DNA from: an uncultured Erysipelotrichaceae bacterium
GTDB taxonomy: Bacteria > Bacillota_I > Bacilli_A > RF39 > UBA660
Direction: 5' to 3'
DNA: 64,000 bases
Assembly (NCBI GenBank): GCA_902785135.1
Contig: CACZXL010000003.1
Location: 2,281-66,280, forward strand
The notes beneath the pieces are model-generated. The model ran no database searches. It had not been told where the DNA came from and saw nothing but the letters and a program-made list of their open reading frames with translations. The position numbers and the translations under genes were made by a program. Numbering within the stretch: the first letter of the stretch is position 1; each line of letters opens with the position of its first letter. Positions 52,751 through 62,396 of this stretch are shown here, in pieces.

Positions 52751-53581
52751 ATGTATAAGATACTTGATGGTAAATTAGTTTCTAATAAAATAGAAGAAGA
52801 ATTAAAAAAGAAGATAAAAGATCAATTAAAACTAGTTATTATTAAAGCAAGTGATTCAAAAGAATCTGATAAATATATTTATCAGAAAGTAAAAAAATGT
52901 ATAGATCTAGGAATAGAAGTAGAACTAAAAGAATATAAAGAAAGTATAACTAATGAAAAGATAATTAAAGATATAGAAAAGTTTAATAAAGATAAATTAG
53001 TAAATGGAATAATAGTAGAACTACCATTATATAATCATTTAGATGATGATATGATATTAAATTCTATTTCTGAATATAAAGATGTGGATGGTTTAACAGA
53101 TAAGAATATGTCTAAATTAATAAATAATGAAGATTGTTTTATTCCAGGTACTGTAAGAGGTATACTTAGTTTGCTATCTTATTATGATATAGATTATAAA
53201 GATAAAAAAGTAACTATTATTAATAGAAGTAGATTAATAGGTAAACCATTATATTATTATTTAACTAATAAAGGTATAGATGTTAATATGGTAGGAAGTA
53301 CTACCAAAGATATTAAAAAGATATGTAAAAATAGTCATATATTAATCACAGGTATTGGTAAAAGAGAAGTAATTGATAAAAGTTATGTAAAAAATAATGC
53401 GGTAGTAGTTGATGCAGGTATTTGTGTAGATTGTGGTCAAATATTTGGTGATGTATACTTTGAAGATGTTAAAAGTAAATGTGATTATATAAGTAAAGTT
53501 CCAGGCGGAGTAGGACCAATGACAGTAATATCTTTATTTGAAAACTTATATGATGCATATCTAATGCAAAATAAGAAATAA
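52751..53581 (+). CDS. folD: Methylenetetrahydrofolate dehydrogenase/cyclohydrolase
   Basis: ILDGK, KDVDG, RS.LIGKP, VPGGVGPMT. Confidence 0.92.
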   Translation: MYKILDGKLVSNKIEEELKKKIKDQLKLVIIKASDSKESDKYIYQKVKKCIDLGIEVELKEYKESITNEKIIKDIEKFNKDKLVNGIIVELPLYNHLDDDMILNSISEYKDVDGLTDKNMSKLINNEDCFIPGTVRGILSLLSYYDIDYKDKKVTIINRSRLIGKPLYYYLTNKGIDVNMVGSTTKDIKKICKNSHILITGIGKREVIDKSYVKNNAVVVDAGICVDCGQIFGDVYFEDVKSKCDYISKVPGGVGPMTVISLFENLYDAYLMQNKK

Positions 53582-53636
53582 CTTATTTATTAAGTTATTT
53601 TTTTATGTTATAATACCATTTGTTTGGAGGTATACT

Positions 53637-55064
53637 ATGGAAAAAAATAAACCCTCTTATTCTGAAGCTAGAAAAAGAACAAAAGAAGAAGTTAAAGTAA
53701 TCACAGATGCATATATTATGGATAATGATTTAAGTAAGTTAGGTATTGGTAAAACATATCATATTATTACTTATGGTTGTCAAGCTAATGTTAGAGATAG
53801 TGAAACTATTAAAGCTATATTAGAAGATATGTCATTTACTGAAACTAGTGATATGGAAAAAGCTGATCTTATTTTACTTAATACTTGTGCAATTAGAGAA
53901 AACGCTCATAACAAAGTATTTGGTATGATAGGTAGAGTACAACATATGAAAGAAAAAAGACCAGATATTATCTTAGCTATCGGTGGATGTATGGCACAAG
54001 AAGTATCTATTGTTAATGAGTTAGAAAGAAAGAAAAAATATGTTGATGTAGTATTTGGTACTCATAATATTCATAACTTACCAAAATTAATAAGTGAAGC
54101 AATAGATAAAAATGAACAAGTAGTAGAAGTATTCTCTAAAGAAGGAGATATTATAGAAAACTTACCTGTAAAAAGAGATAGTATGTATAAAGCATTTGTT
54201 AATATTATGTATGGTTGTGATAAATTCTGTACATACTGCATTGTACCTTTTACTAGAGGGAAACAAAGAAGTAGAAGAAAAGAAGATATATTAAAAGAAA
54301 TAGATGATTTAATTAAACTTGGTTACAAAGAAGTAACTCTTTTAGGACAAAATGTTAATGCTTATGGAAAAGATTTAAATGAAAATATTACTATGGCAGA
54401 ACTCTTAGAGGAAGTTGCGAAAACCGGTATAGAAAGAATTAGATTTGTAACATCTCATCCATGGGACTTTAATGATAATATGATAGATGTAATTGCGAAG
54501 TACCCTAATGTAATGCCATATATTCATTTACCAGTACAATCTGGATCAAATAGAATACTAAAATTAATGGGTAGACGTTATACTAAAGAAAGTTATTTAG
54601 AATTATTTTATAAGATTAAAGATAAAGTTAAAAACGCAACTATTACTACTGATATAATTGTAGGTTTCCCTGGAGAAACAGAAGAAGATTTTGAAGAAAC
54701 TTTAGAAGTAGTTAATGAATGCAAATATGATGGTGCATATACATTTATATATTCACCTAGAGAAAATACACCAGCAGCATCTATGGAAGACAATGTTCCT
54801 TTAGAAGAAAAAGAAAAAAGACTTGCGAGATTAAATGAATTAATTAATAAATATTATAAAGAAAGCAATGAAAAAGTAGTTAATACAGTTGTACCAGTTC
54901 TTATAGAAGGTGTTTCTGAAAAAAATGAAGAAATGTGCGCAGGTTATACTGATACTATGAAACTTGTTAATGTAAAATGTTCTAAAGATTATATTGGTAA
55001 AATAGTAAATGTAAAAATTACTGAAGCTAAAACATGGAGTTTAGATGGAGTTCTAGATGAATAA
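53637..55064 (+). CDS. miaB: tRNA 2-methylthiotransferase MiaB
   Basis: TYGCQAN, NTCAIRE, GCDKFCTYCIVP, TRAM domain. Confidence 0.96.
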   Translation: MEKNKPSYSEARKRTKEEVKVITDAYIMDNDLSKLGIGKTYHIITYGCQANVRDSETIKAILEDMSFTETSDMEKADLILLNTCAIRENAHNKVFGMIGRVQHMKEKRPDIILAIGGCMAQEVSIVNELERKKKYVDVVFGTHNIHNLPKLISEAIDKNEQVVEVFSKEGDIIENLPVKRDSMYKAFVNIMYGCDKFCTYCIVPFTRGKQRSRRKEDILKEIDDLIKLGYKEVTLLGQNVNAYGKDLNENITMAELLEEVAKTGIERIRFVTSHPWDFNDNMIDVIAKYPNVMPYIHLPVQSGSNRILKLMGRRYTKESYLELFYKIKDKVKNATITTDIIVGFPGETEEDFEETLEVVNECKYDGAYTFIYSPRENTPAASMEDNVPLEEKEKRLARLNELINKYYKESNEKVVNTVVPVLIEGVSEKNEEMCAGYTDTMKLVNVKCSKDYIGKIVNVKITEAKTWSLDGVLDE

Positions 55065-55392
55065 TATACTTAATAAAGTAGAAGAATTAAAAGAGTTAAT
55101 AATTGATACTGATGAATATAAGAACTATAAATTTTATTTAAGTAAAATAGAAAAAAATAAAGATATAAAAGAATTAATTAATATAATTACTAAAAAACAA
55201 AAAGAATTAGTAAGAATAGAGAATAATGGTTCTAATATAGATAATGAATCAAAAGAACTAGATAATTTATTTAATAAATTATATGAATATGATGATTATA
55301 AAAATTATATAGAATATTCAAAAAAATTAAATATAATAATTACAGATATTCAAAATAATTTTCAAGAATACTTTGACAATTTAGTTAGCTAA
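55057..55392 (+). CDS. YlbF/YmcA (RicA-like) regulator
   Basis: Helical Com_YlbF-like pattern; follows miaB as in Bacillus miaB-ymcA. Confidence 0.65.
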   Translation: MNNILNKVEELKELIIDTDEYKNYKFYLSKIEKNKDIKELINIITKKQKELVRIENNGSNIDNESKELDNLFNKLYEYDDYKNYIEYSKKLNIIITDIQNNFQEYFDNLVS

Positions 55393-55459
55393 AGTATTCT
55401 TTTTTATTGTATTCTTTTTTTAAAAGTGTTATCCTATTATTAGAGTAGGAGGAGTATTG

Positions 55460-55933
55460 ATGAAAAGTCTTAAAAAAGTATTAACAGTAATGGTGTTATT
55501 TATAAGTGTTTTTGTTTTAACAGGTTGTGGTAAAAAAGAACCTATTACTTATGGAACATTTCATTCAAAATTATCAGATAAAGGATTTAGAGTAGTAGAT
55601 GTAGGAGAACAATTTGAAAACTATAGTTCAATAAAAAAAGCTTATGTAGCTCAATCAAAAGATGCAACTTATCAAATAGAATATTATGAGTTAGTAGATA
55701 ATGATGCGGCTCAAGCATTCTTTGATAATAATAAAAATATATTTTTAGAATCAATTGGAAATGTATCAAAAAGTAAATTAGATATTACTAAAAAAGAATA
55801 TGCAAGATTTCATGTAACTAGTAAAGGATATTATTTCTTCTTATCAAGAAATAAAAATACTGTAATATACGCTAGAGTTACAGAATCACATAAATCAGAT
55901 GTAGTTTCAATAACAAAAGAATTAGGATATTAA
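55460..55933 (+). CDS. Hypothetical lipoprotein
   Basis: Lipobox LTGC. Confidence 0.75.
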   Translation: MKSLKKVLTVMVLFISVFVLTGCGKKEPITYGTFHSKLSDKGFRVVDVGEQFENYSSIKKAYVAQSKDATYQIEYYELVDNDAAQAFFDNNKNIFLESIGNVSKSKLDITKKEYARFHVTSKGYYFFLSRNKNTVIYARVTESHKSDVVSITKELGY

Positions 55934-55946
55934 AAAAGAATTCAGA

Positions 55947-56954
55947 TTATTTATCTGAATTCTTTTTTTCTAATTTATCTAAGTAATAAATTACTACGCC
56001 ACCTAATATAAAACTAACTATTAATCCACAAACTTTCTCAGTTGTAAATGTAATAGGTGTTTCTAGATTTAATGGTAATATTAATGCACTTGCTATTATA
56101 AAACCTAAAATTAAACTTATAGTTTTACCTTTATGTTTAGTTAATAATGAAGATAATATTTTAGCACTAAATACTATACCAGCAACTGCTCCTAAACCAA
56201 ATATACCAAGTTTAATAAATATATTAACATCTAAAGTAGTTACTTGATCTATATAACTTCTAACCATTTCATATTTACCTAATACAAGCATAACCATTGA
56301 TCCAGAAATACCTGGGAATATCATTGATATACCTCCAATAACTCCTAAACCAAATAGTATTAAATAACCTATAATACCAGCTTCTTCATTTAAGCTATTA
56401 TTAACACCTTTTAAATTAAAGTATTCTAATACTCCAATAAGTATTATTCCTATTAAGAAATATATAACATTAAACTTTTCATTTTTCATTTCTTTCTTAA
56501 TAACTATAGGAATACTAAATAATATTAATCCCATAAACCAGAATATTGTTTCTGCTTCTATATGATTTAAAGTAAATCCTAATATTTTAGCAAAAGCTAC
56601 AATACCAATTCCAGCTCCTACTAACACTTTTAATAAGAATAATATACTTTGTTTTCTTGTAGTAGTTTTTCTTTTAAAAACATCACTTACTGCATTAGTA
56701 AGTCTTTCAAATAAATCAAATATAACTAACATAGTTCCACCAGATACTCCAGGGATTATGTTTGCGATACCAACACCAATTCCTCCAAAGAATGGTTTTA
56801 AATCATATTTTGATTCACTATTGATTTTTTCAATCTTTTTTAATTCCTTTTCTTCTTTTTTCTTAATTCTTAATTTTTCTTTTTTTCTTTTTGATAAATG
56901 TTTTTTCTTTTCTTTAGGTTCTTTTTCTTTTTTACTAAATAACTTCATATCCAT
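55947..56954 (-). CDS. DUF368 family membrane protein (putative undecaprenyl-phosphate translocase)
   Basis: ANIIPGVSGGT and MIFPGISGS repeats. Confidence 0.9.
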   Translation of the reverse strand: MDMKLFSKKEKEPKEKKKHLSKRKKEKLRIKKKEEKELKKIEKINSESKYDLKPFFGGIGVGIANIIPGVSGGTMLVIFDLFERLTNAVSDVFKRKTTTRKQSILFLLKVLVGAGIGIVAFAKILGFTLNHIEAETIFWFMGLILFSIPIVIKKEMKNEKFNVIYFLIGIILIGVLEYFNLKGVNNSLNEEAGIIGYLILFGLGVIGGISMIFPGISGSMVMLVLGKYEMVRSYIDQVTTLDVNIFIKLGIFGLGAVAGIVFSAKILSSLLTKHKGKTISLILGFIIASALILPLNLETPITFTTEKVCGLIVSFILGGVVIYYLDKLEKKNSDK

Positions 56955-57054
56955 CCTCCAATAAAATTATAACATATATATAATAAAATGTATTCAATTT
57001 TACAAATATTCTAATTTATGTTATATTAGACCCTGTTAAAAGGGAGGTGCCATT

Positions 57055-58440
57055 ATGAAAAAGAGAGAATATGTAATGAAAAAAATATGTGTTTTTGTGT
57101 TATCTACTTTTTTATCTGGATCTATATATGCCATAAAAAAAGGTGCAGATTTAACTGAAAAAGTGGCTACTGTTCCTTTAGATATACGTAATGAATTATA
57201 TTATGATAATATTCTAGATAGTGATAAATATTTAGAATACTATGGTAGAGAATTATCAGATGGTACATATATTAATAAAGCTACTAATACTAATAAATTA
57301 GTTGATAGATATGTTACTTATGAAAAATTAGAAAAACTAGAAGAAGCAGATATTCATATGAATATAACAAAAGATATGTCTTTTTTAGAAAAATGTCCTA
57401 ATTTAAAAACTTTAAATATATTTAATTCAGAATTATTAACAGATGAAGATATAGAATTAATAAATAATTCTAATTTAGATAAAATTGTATTATCATTTGA
57501 TTATAAAAATATAAGAAATAATAGAGAAAATAAATTTGACATCAGTAGATTTAAAAAAGATGTAGTTATTAATAATAGTCTTTATTCATTTTTAGATGAT
57601 TTAGATCAATTAGTATTTTATAATTATTTTGTTAATAAAAATGATGATATCTTTATTGATAAAAATAATCTTGAATCTATAAAATCTATGGATAATTATT
57701 TAAATGAAGTTATAGATGAATATGATATAAAAAACGCAAAAGATGATAAAGAAAAAGTTTTATTAATATCTGATTATATATGTAGTACTTTAAGTTATGA
57801 CAAAGAAGTAAGTGATAGTATAAGAGAATATACTAATAATTTAATAGAACAAGAAAAGAATACATATGAACCTACTGAAAAAAGTGAAGAATATAATTAT
57901 AATTCTATTTCTTCAATTGTTAATCAAGATTCAGAAAAGAAAGACGGAATTTGTATAAATTATGCATCTTTATTTGATATTATGTGTTATAAAACAGGTG
58001 TTAAATCTAGAAAAGTAGAAGGAATAGATACTAGTGTTAATATAGGTCATGCATGGAATATAGTATATATAGATGGAAAGAAAGAATTTGTTGATCTAAC
58101 ATTTTTTGATAATGATTATAGAGAAGAAATGTTAAAAAAATATAATAAGTATAAATCTGAAGATGATTATAATTATTTAACATTTATGTTATTTCAAGAT
58201 ATAGATGATAGTTATACTGATTTTAATATTATCCCATCACTAGATTCATTAGATAAAAAAATTGAAAAAGAAAATGTATATGTAGTTAATAACACTTTAG
58301 ACGGTTTAAACCTAATAAATGAAACTCCATCATTATCAAAACTAGCGTTAATATCAGTTTTAGGTGGATTATCTACTACAATATTAGAAGAAATTTTATA
58401 TAGAAGAAAGAAAAAGAAAAAAGTATTAAAAACTAGTTAA
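57055..58440 (+). CDS. Membrane-anchored protein with LRR-like region and transglutaminase-like domain
   Basis: FLEKCPNLKTLNI; GICINYA, GHAWN, VDLT triad; N- and C-terminal hydrophobic segments. Confidence 0.8.
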   Translation: MKKREYVMKKICVFVLSTFLSGSIYAIKKGADLTEKVATVPLDIRNELYYDNILDSDKYLEYYGRELSDGTYINKATNTNKLVDRYVTYEKLEKLEEADIHMNITKDMSFLEKCPNLKTLNIFNSELLTDEDIELINNSNLDKIVLSFDYKNIRNNRENKFDISRFKKDVVINNSLYSFLDDLDQLVFYNYFVNKNDDIFIDKNNLESIKSMDNYLNEVIDEYDIKNAKDDKEKVLLISDYICSTLSYDKEVSDSIREYTNNLIEQEKNTYEPTEKSEEYNYNSISSIVNQDSEKKDGICINYASLFDIMCYKTGVKSRKVEGIDTSVNIGHAWNIVYIDGKKEFVDLTFFDNDYREEMLKKYNKYKSEDDYNYLTFMLFQDIDDSYTDFNIIPSLDSLDKKIEKENVYVVNNTLDGLNLINETPSLSKLALISVLGGLSTTILEEILYRRKKKKKVLKTS

Positions 58441-58515
58441 TCTAGTTTTTTTTCTTGACTTTGATAATTATAATTGTTAAAATTAACATGAATTTAAAGA
58501 GAAAGGAGTGAAAAC

Positions 58516-58605
58516 ATGAAGATAGTTTTATATTTATTTTATTTGTTTATAGTTAGTAAGAAGAATAAGAGTGAATATGTTTTTACTCCTGTTTTTGCTT
58601 GCTAA
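58516..58605 (+). CDS. Putative 29-aa leader peptide MKIVLYLFYLFIVSKKNKSEYVFTPVFAC
   Basis: Not in the ORF track. Strong AAGGAG SD; promoter TTGACT-17-TAAAAT at 58455-58483. Confidence 0.65.
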   Translation: MKIVLYLFYLFIVSKKNKSEYVFTPVFAC

Positions 58606-58628
58606 CTACTAGAAATAGTAGTTTTTTT
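58604..58628 (+). terminator. Attenuator terminator in the ABC exporter leader
   Basis: AACTACTA-gaaa-TAGTAGTT plus T tract, with a competing antiterminator helix. Confidence 0.75.
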
Positions 58629-58650
58629 AATGGAAAAAAGAGGTGATTAT

Positions 58651-60381
58651 ATGAAAAACTTTAAAGAATTTAAACCAATTCTTAATTTATTAAAAGAAGA
58701 AAAAAAGAAATTTATATTCTTTTGTATATTATTATTAATTGTTGAATCAACATCTATTTTTTCTGGATATTTAAATGGTGCGGCAGTAGAAGAAATAACT
58801 AATTTAAATTTAGATAGATCATTATTCTATTTATTTATATATTTCTTATATTCTTCATTCTTTAGTGGAGCATTAATGATTTATGCTTCTAATGGACTTG
58901 TTAAACTAGAAAGTAGATTAACAAGAAGAATAGGATATGAAGCTTATTCTAAAGCACTTAGTTTACCGGCATATGCATATGAAAAAATGGCATCTGGTGA
59001 AATAATAAATAGAATAACAACAGATTCTGATGCATTATCATTTACTTTAAGAAGATTAATATCTGCTTTTGGTGAAATAATCGCTGCGTTCATATTAATA
59101 TTTTATATATTCTATAATTCTTGGATTATAGGAGTAGAAATAATAATTATAATGGCAGTATTATTTGTTATTATGCATTATTTTAATCCAAAAATGAAAG
59201 ACGCACATTCAAAAAGAAAGAAAGAACAAGATAAGTTTACTTCTTTAGTAACAGAATCAGTTAGAGGAATTAGAGAAATTAAGACACTTGGTATTAGAAA
59301 TAATCTATTAACTGAAATGAAAGAAATAATAGAATTATTATATAAAAAGTCTGTTGATGAAACTAATTTAGATATTAAATTTAATATAATAACAAGAATA
59401 TTAAGAGTAACTATGGAAGTAGGAGTATTCGCAACATGCGCAGTACTTTTATATCAAAAATCAGTATCTCTAACATTCTTTATCGCAATGACATATTATA
59501 TTTATAGATATATGTATATGATTGATAATATAGCAGATTTAAATCAAACATATCAAAAAGTAACAGTTGCGCTTGGAAGAATAAATGAAATTGTTTTAAA
59601 TAAGAAATTTGAAGATGAAAAATATGGTGATATATCTCTTAAAAAAGTAGAAGGTATAGTAGAATTTAAAAATGTTACATTTGGATATCCTGATGAAGGA
59701 GATATTCTTAAGAACTTTAATCTTAAATTAGAACCACATAAAAAGATAGCGGTAGTAGGTAGATCAGGTCAAGGTAAATCTACATTATTTAATCTTTTAA
59801 CAAGAGTTTTTGATGTTAAAAAAGGTTCTATAACATTAGATGGAGTAGATATTAAAGATTTAGATGAAACCACTTTAAGAAAGAATATATCAATAATTAG
59901 ACAAGAACCATTTATATTTAATAGAACTATTAAAAATAATTTTAAAATTATTAATAAAAAGATAACATTAAATGATATTAAAAAGTATAATGAAATGGCA
60001 TACTTAGATGATTATATTTCATCTTTACCAAAAGGATATAATACATTATTAGGGGAAGGCGGAGTGAACCTTTCTGGTGGTCAAAAACAAAGATTATCAA
60101 TTGCAAGAACTTTAACAAAAGATACAAAGGTAATTCTATTTGATGAAGCTACTTCTGCACTTGATAACAATTCGCAAGAATTTATAAAAAAGACTATTGA
60201 TAACTTAGTAAAAGATCATACAGTTGTTATAGTCGCACATAGACTATCAACTATTATAGATGCAGATATTATATATGTAGTAGAAGGTGGAAAAATAGTT
60301 GGAGAAGGAACACACGAAGAATTATTAAAAACAAATAAAATTTATAAAAACTTATATCAAACTGAATCTTTAAATTCATAA
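58651..60381 (+). CDS. Fused ABC exporter (TMD plus NBD), multidrug/lipid type
   Basis: 6-TM domain; GRSGQGKST, LSGGQKQR, DEATSALD; ATG 58651 after GAGGTG. Confidence 0.92.
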   Translation: MKNFKEFKPILNLLKEEKKKFIFFCILLLIVESTSIFSGYLNGAAVEEITNLNLDRSLFYLFIYFLYSSFFSGALMIYASNGLVKLESRLTRRIGYEAYSKALSLPAYAYEKMASGEIINRITTDSDALSFTLRRLISAFGEIIAAFILIFYIFYNSWIIGVEIIIIMAVLFVIMHYFNPKMKDAHSKRKKEQDKFTSLVTESVRGIREIKTLGIRNNLLTEMKEIIELLYKKSVDETNLDIKFNIITRILRVTMEVGVFATCAVLLYQKSVSLTFFIAMTYYIYRYMYMIDNIADLNQTYQKVTVALGRINEIVLNKKFEDEKYGDISLKKVEGIVEFKNVTFGYPDEGDILKNFNLKLEPHKKIAVVGRSGQGKSTLFNLLTRVFDVKKGSITLDGVDIKDLDETTLRKNISIIRQEPFIFNRTIKNNFKIINKKITLNDIKKYNEMAYLDDYISSLPKGYNTLLGEGGVNLSGGQKQRLSIARTLTKDTKVILFDEATSALDNNSQEFIKKTIDNLVKDHTVVIVAHRLSTIIDADIIYVVEGGKIVGEGTHEELLKTNKIYKNLYQTESLNS

Positions 60382-60444
60382 GATAGCAATTTTATTGCTA
60401 TCTTTTTTATTTTTAGTGATATAATACACTTAAGGAGGAATACT

Positions 60445-60882
60445 ATGAAAAAGATAAATACTGAAAAACTAAAGGGAGCTAAAGAAAAGAGTAAAGGTTT
60501 CTTTGGAGAATTTAAGACATTTGTTCTAAGAGGAAATGTAATGGATATGGCTATAGGTGTTATTATAGGTACTGCATTTGCATCTATAGTAACTGCTTTA
60601 ACAGAAGATTTTATTAATCCATTAATTAATTCTATCGGTGGAGCAGAAGTTCAAGGAAAAGTAAAGATTTGGGGTGGACAAGCTCTTAACTGGGGTCATT
60701 TTGTAACAGCAATTATTAATTTCTTAATTATGGCATTAGTATTATTCTTAATGCTTAAAGCTGTTAATAAATTAATGACAGTTGGTAAAAAGAAAAAAGA
60801 AGAAGAAACTCCTGAAGTAGTTAAATCTGATGAAGTAGTTCTTTTAGAAGAAATTAGAGATTTACTTAAGAAAAGAAAATAA
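60445..60882 (+). CDS. mscL: Large-conductance mechanosensitive channel
   Basis: EFKTFVLRGNVMDMAIGVIIG, LLEEIRDLL. Confidence 0.96.
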   Translation: MKKINTEKLKGAKEKSKGFFGEFKTFVLRGNVMDMAIGVIIGTAFASIVTALTEDFINPLINSIGGAEVQGKVKIWGGQALNWGHFVTAIINFLIMALVLFLMLKAVNKLMTVGKKKKEEETPEVVKSDEVVLLEEIRDLLKKRK

Positions 60883-60949
60883 TTAAAAAATATACAAAAT
60901 ACTTGTATATTTTTTTTTATTTTGTTATAATCTTTTATGTAATTTTCAT

Positions 60950-61026
60950 GGCGATGTAGCTCAGTTGGCTAGAGCGTTCGGTTCATACCCGAAAGGTCGT
61001 GGGTTCGACCCCCTCCGTCGCTACCA
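60950..61026 (+). tRNA. tRNA-Met (elongator, anticodon CAT)
   Basis: GGCGATGTAGCTCAG..TTCGGTTCATACCCGAA..GGTTCGA..CGTCGCTACCA; closely resembles the Bacillus elongator tRNA-Met; CCA encoded. Confidence 0.95.
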
Positions 61027-61075
61027 AGAGGAATTCTGCTCGAACTTTTATAGTAGTTTCGAGTTTGATAAATAA

Positions 61076-61102
61076 CTAATTCAAAAATGGATTAGTTTTT
61101 TT
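61076..61102 (+). terminator. Terminator downstream of tRNA-Met
   Basis: AACTAATTC-aaaaat-GGATTAGTT plus T tract. Confidence 0.65.
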
Positions 61103-61207
61103 GTGTTTACAAAAGCTAAGATGATTTTGAAAGATAATTAGTAAAATAATGGTTCAAATAGAAAAAAGTATGATATAATAACTGACTAGACAAAGGGAGG
61201 TTTTGTA

Positions 61208-62176
61208 ATGACTATTGCACAAGCAGAAAGATTTTATGAACAAGACACAAAAGATTATGAAATAGAAAAAAATAAAGATTTTTTAAATTGGTTAAAAGCC
61301 TCAATAAAAGATGGTTATCATTGTTTTATAGAAACAGAAGAATTACAAGAATTAATTAACAATATTGTTAATTGGTATGAAATCAAGTACCCAGAAAGAG
61401 AATTAGAATATTTTGAAGGAACTAGACATATGAACTTTCAAGATATTAAGAAAATTTCTGATGTAATGAATATTGGACAATTACTATATAGATTACCACA
61501 TAATCAATTATGTTTAATGAAATGTGGATATAGAGCAAAAGGTTGGGGACAACATCCAATTTTTAAAAATGGTAAAGAAGTTGACTGGAAAGTTCAAATA
61601 TTTATGAAAATAGAAAGAAAAAATGAAGAAGAATGTAATCCATGGAAAGCATCATATTTTTTACTTCATGCTGATCATATGACTGGTGAAGTATCAAAAT
61701 ACTATGAGTTAGAAGAATACGTAGATAATGATGAAAATATAAATTTAGATGAATTATTATCAATTTTTAATGAAAAATATATTGATGAATTAGATTTTAC
61801 CGAATTAAAAGAGAGTGTTTATGATCATAATTGTGATATGGAATTAAGACATAGAATTTTACAATTAGTTGCACTTAAATTATTATATTCAAGAAATACT
61901 ATTCCTGAAAGAGGATATGAAAGAGCAAAAAGATTTATAAATGAATTTAATAAAAAATTAGGTCTCACATTATCTGCAGAACAAATTGATGAAATAATTC
62001 ATAGAGATTACACTAATGGTGAAAAATGGGAACGTGTTTTAAAAACTTATATCGATGAAGATGGCGAAGAACATTCATATTGGACAGTTGAAGATGTAGC
62101 AAAAAAAGAACAACCAAAAGAAGAATCTAAAGGAATAAAAAGATTAGCGAAAATATTGTTTAATAAAAATAGATAA
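61208..62176 (+). CDS. Orphan protein downstream of tRNA-Met
   Basis: GGGAGG RBS, TGATATAAT promoter; WYEIKYPER motif; no family recognised. Confidence 0.75.
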   Translation: MTIAQAERFYEQDTKDYEIEKNKDFLNWLKASIKDGYHCFIETEELQELINNIVNWYEIKYPERELEYFEGTRHMNFQDIKKISDVMNIGQLLYRLPHNQLCLMKCGYRAKGWGQHPIFKNGKEVDWKVQIFMKIERKNEEECNPWKASYFLLHADHMTGEVSKYYELEEYVDNDENINLDELLSIFNEKYIDELDFTELKESVYDHNCDMELRHRILQLVALKLLYSRNTIPERGYERAKRFINEFNKKLGLTLSAEQIDEIIHRDYTNGEKWERVLKTYIDEDGEEHSYWTVEDVAKKEQPKEESKGIKRLAKILFNKNR

Positions 62177-62286
62177 TAAAAAATGTTGAAATAAACTATA
62201 TCTATGGTAAAAAGTATCTAGTGATTAGCTGTTTATCAACTATTCCTAAAGTTTCGGATATACTATTTGTCCGTACCATAGTAAAT

Positions 62287-62318
62287 AAAAGTTGAACTAT
62301 TAAGTTCAACTTTTTTTC
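62287..62318 (+). terminator. Strong intrinsic terminator
   Basis: AAAAGTTGAACT-atta-AGTTCAACTTTT plus T tract. Confidence 0.8.
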
Positions 62319-62396
62319 TTTATGTAAATTTATTTACAAATTCGTTGCTTTTTTTGTAAAATTAGAATATACTTTAAGTAGCGATAGGAGGTAAGT

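Noticed and set aside
58516-58605. Type I toxin-antitoxin toxin (hydrophobic small peptide with SD-sequestering fold-back)
   Set aside because: The hydrophobic stretch is only about 11 aa, no convergent antisense promoter is evident, and the antiterminator geometry before an exporter fits attenuation better. Not fully excluded.
61039-61063. CTCGAACT..AGTTTCGAG inverted repeat after tRNA-Met as a LexA (Cheo) box
   Set aside because: The spacer is about 10 nt rather than 4; more likely a tRNA trailer hairpin.
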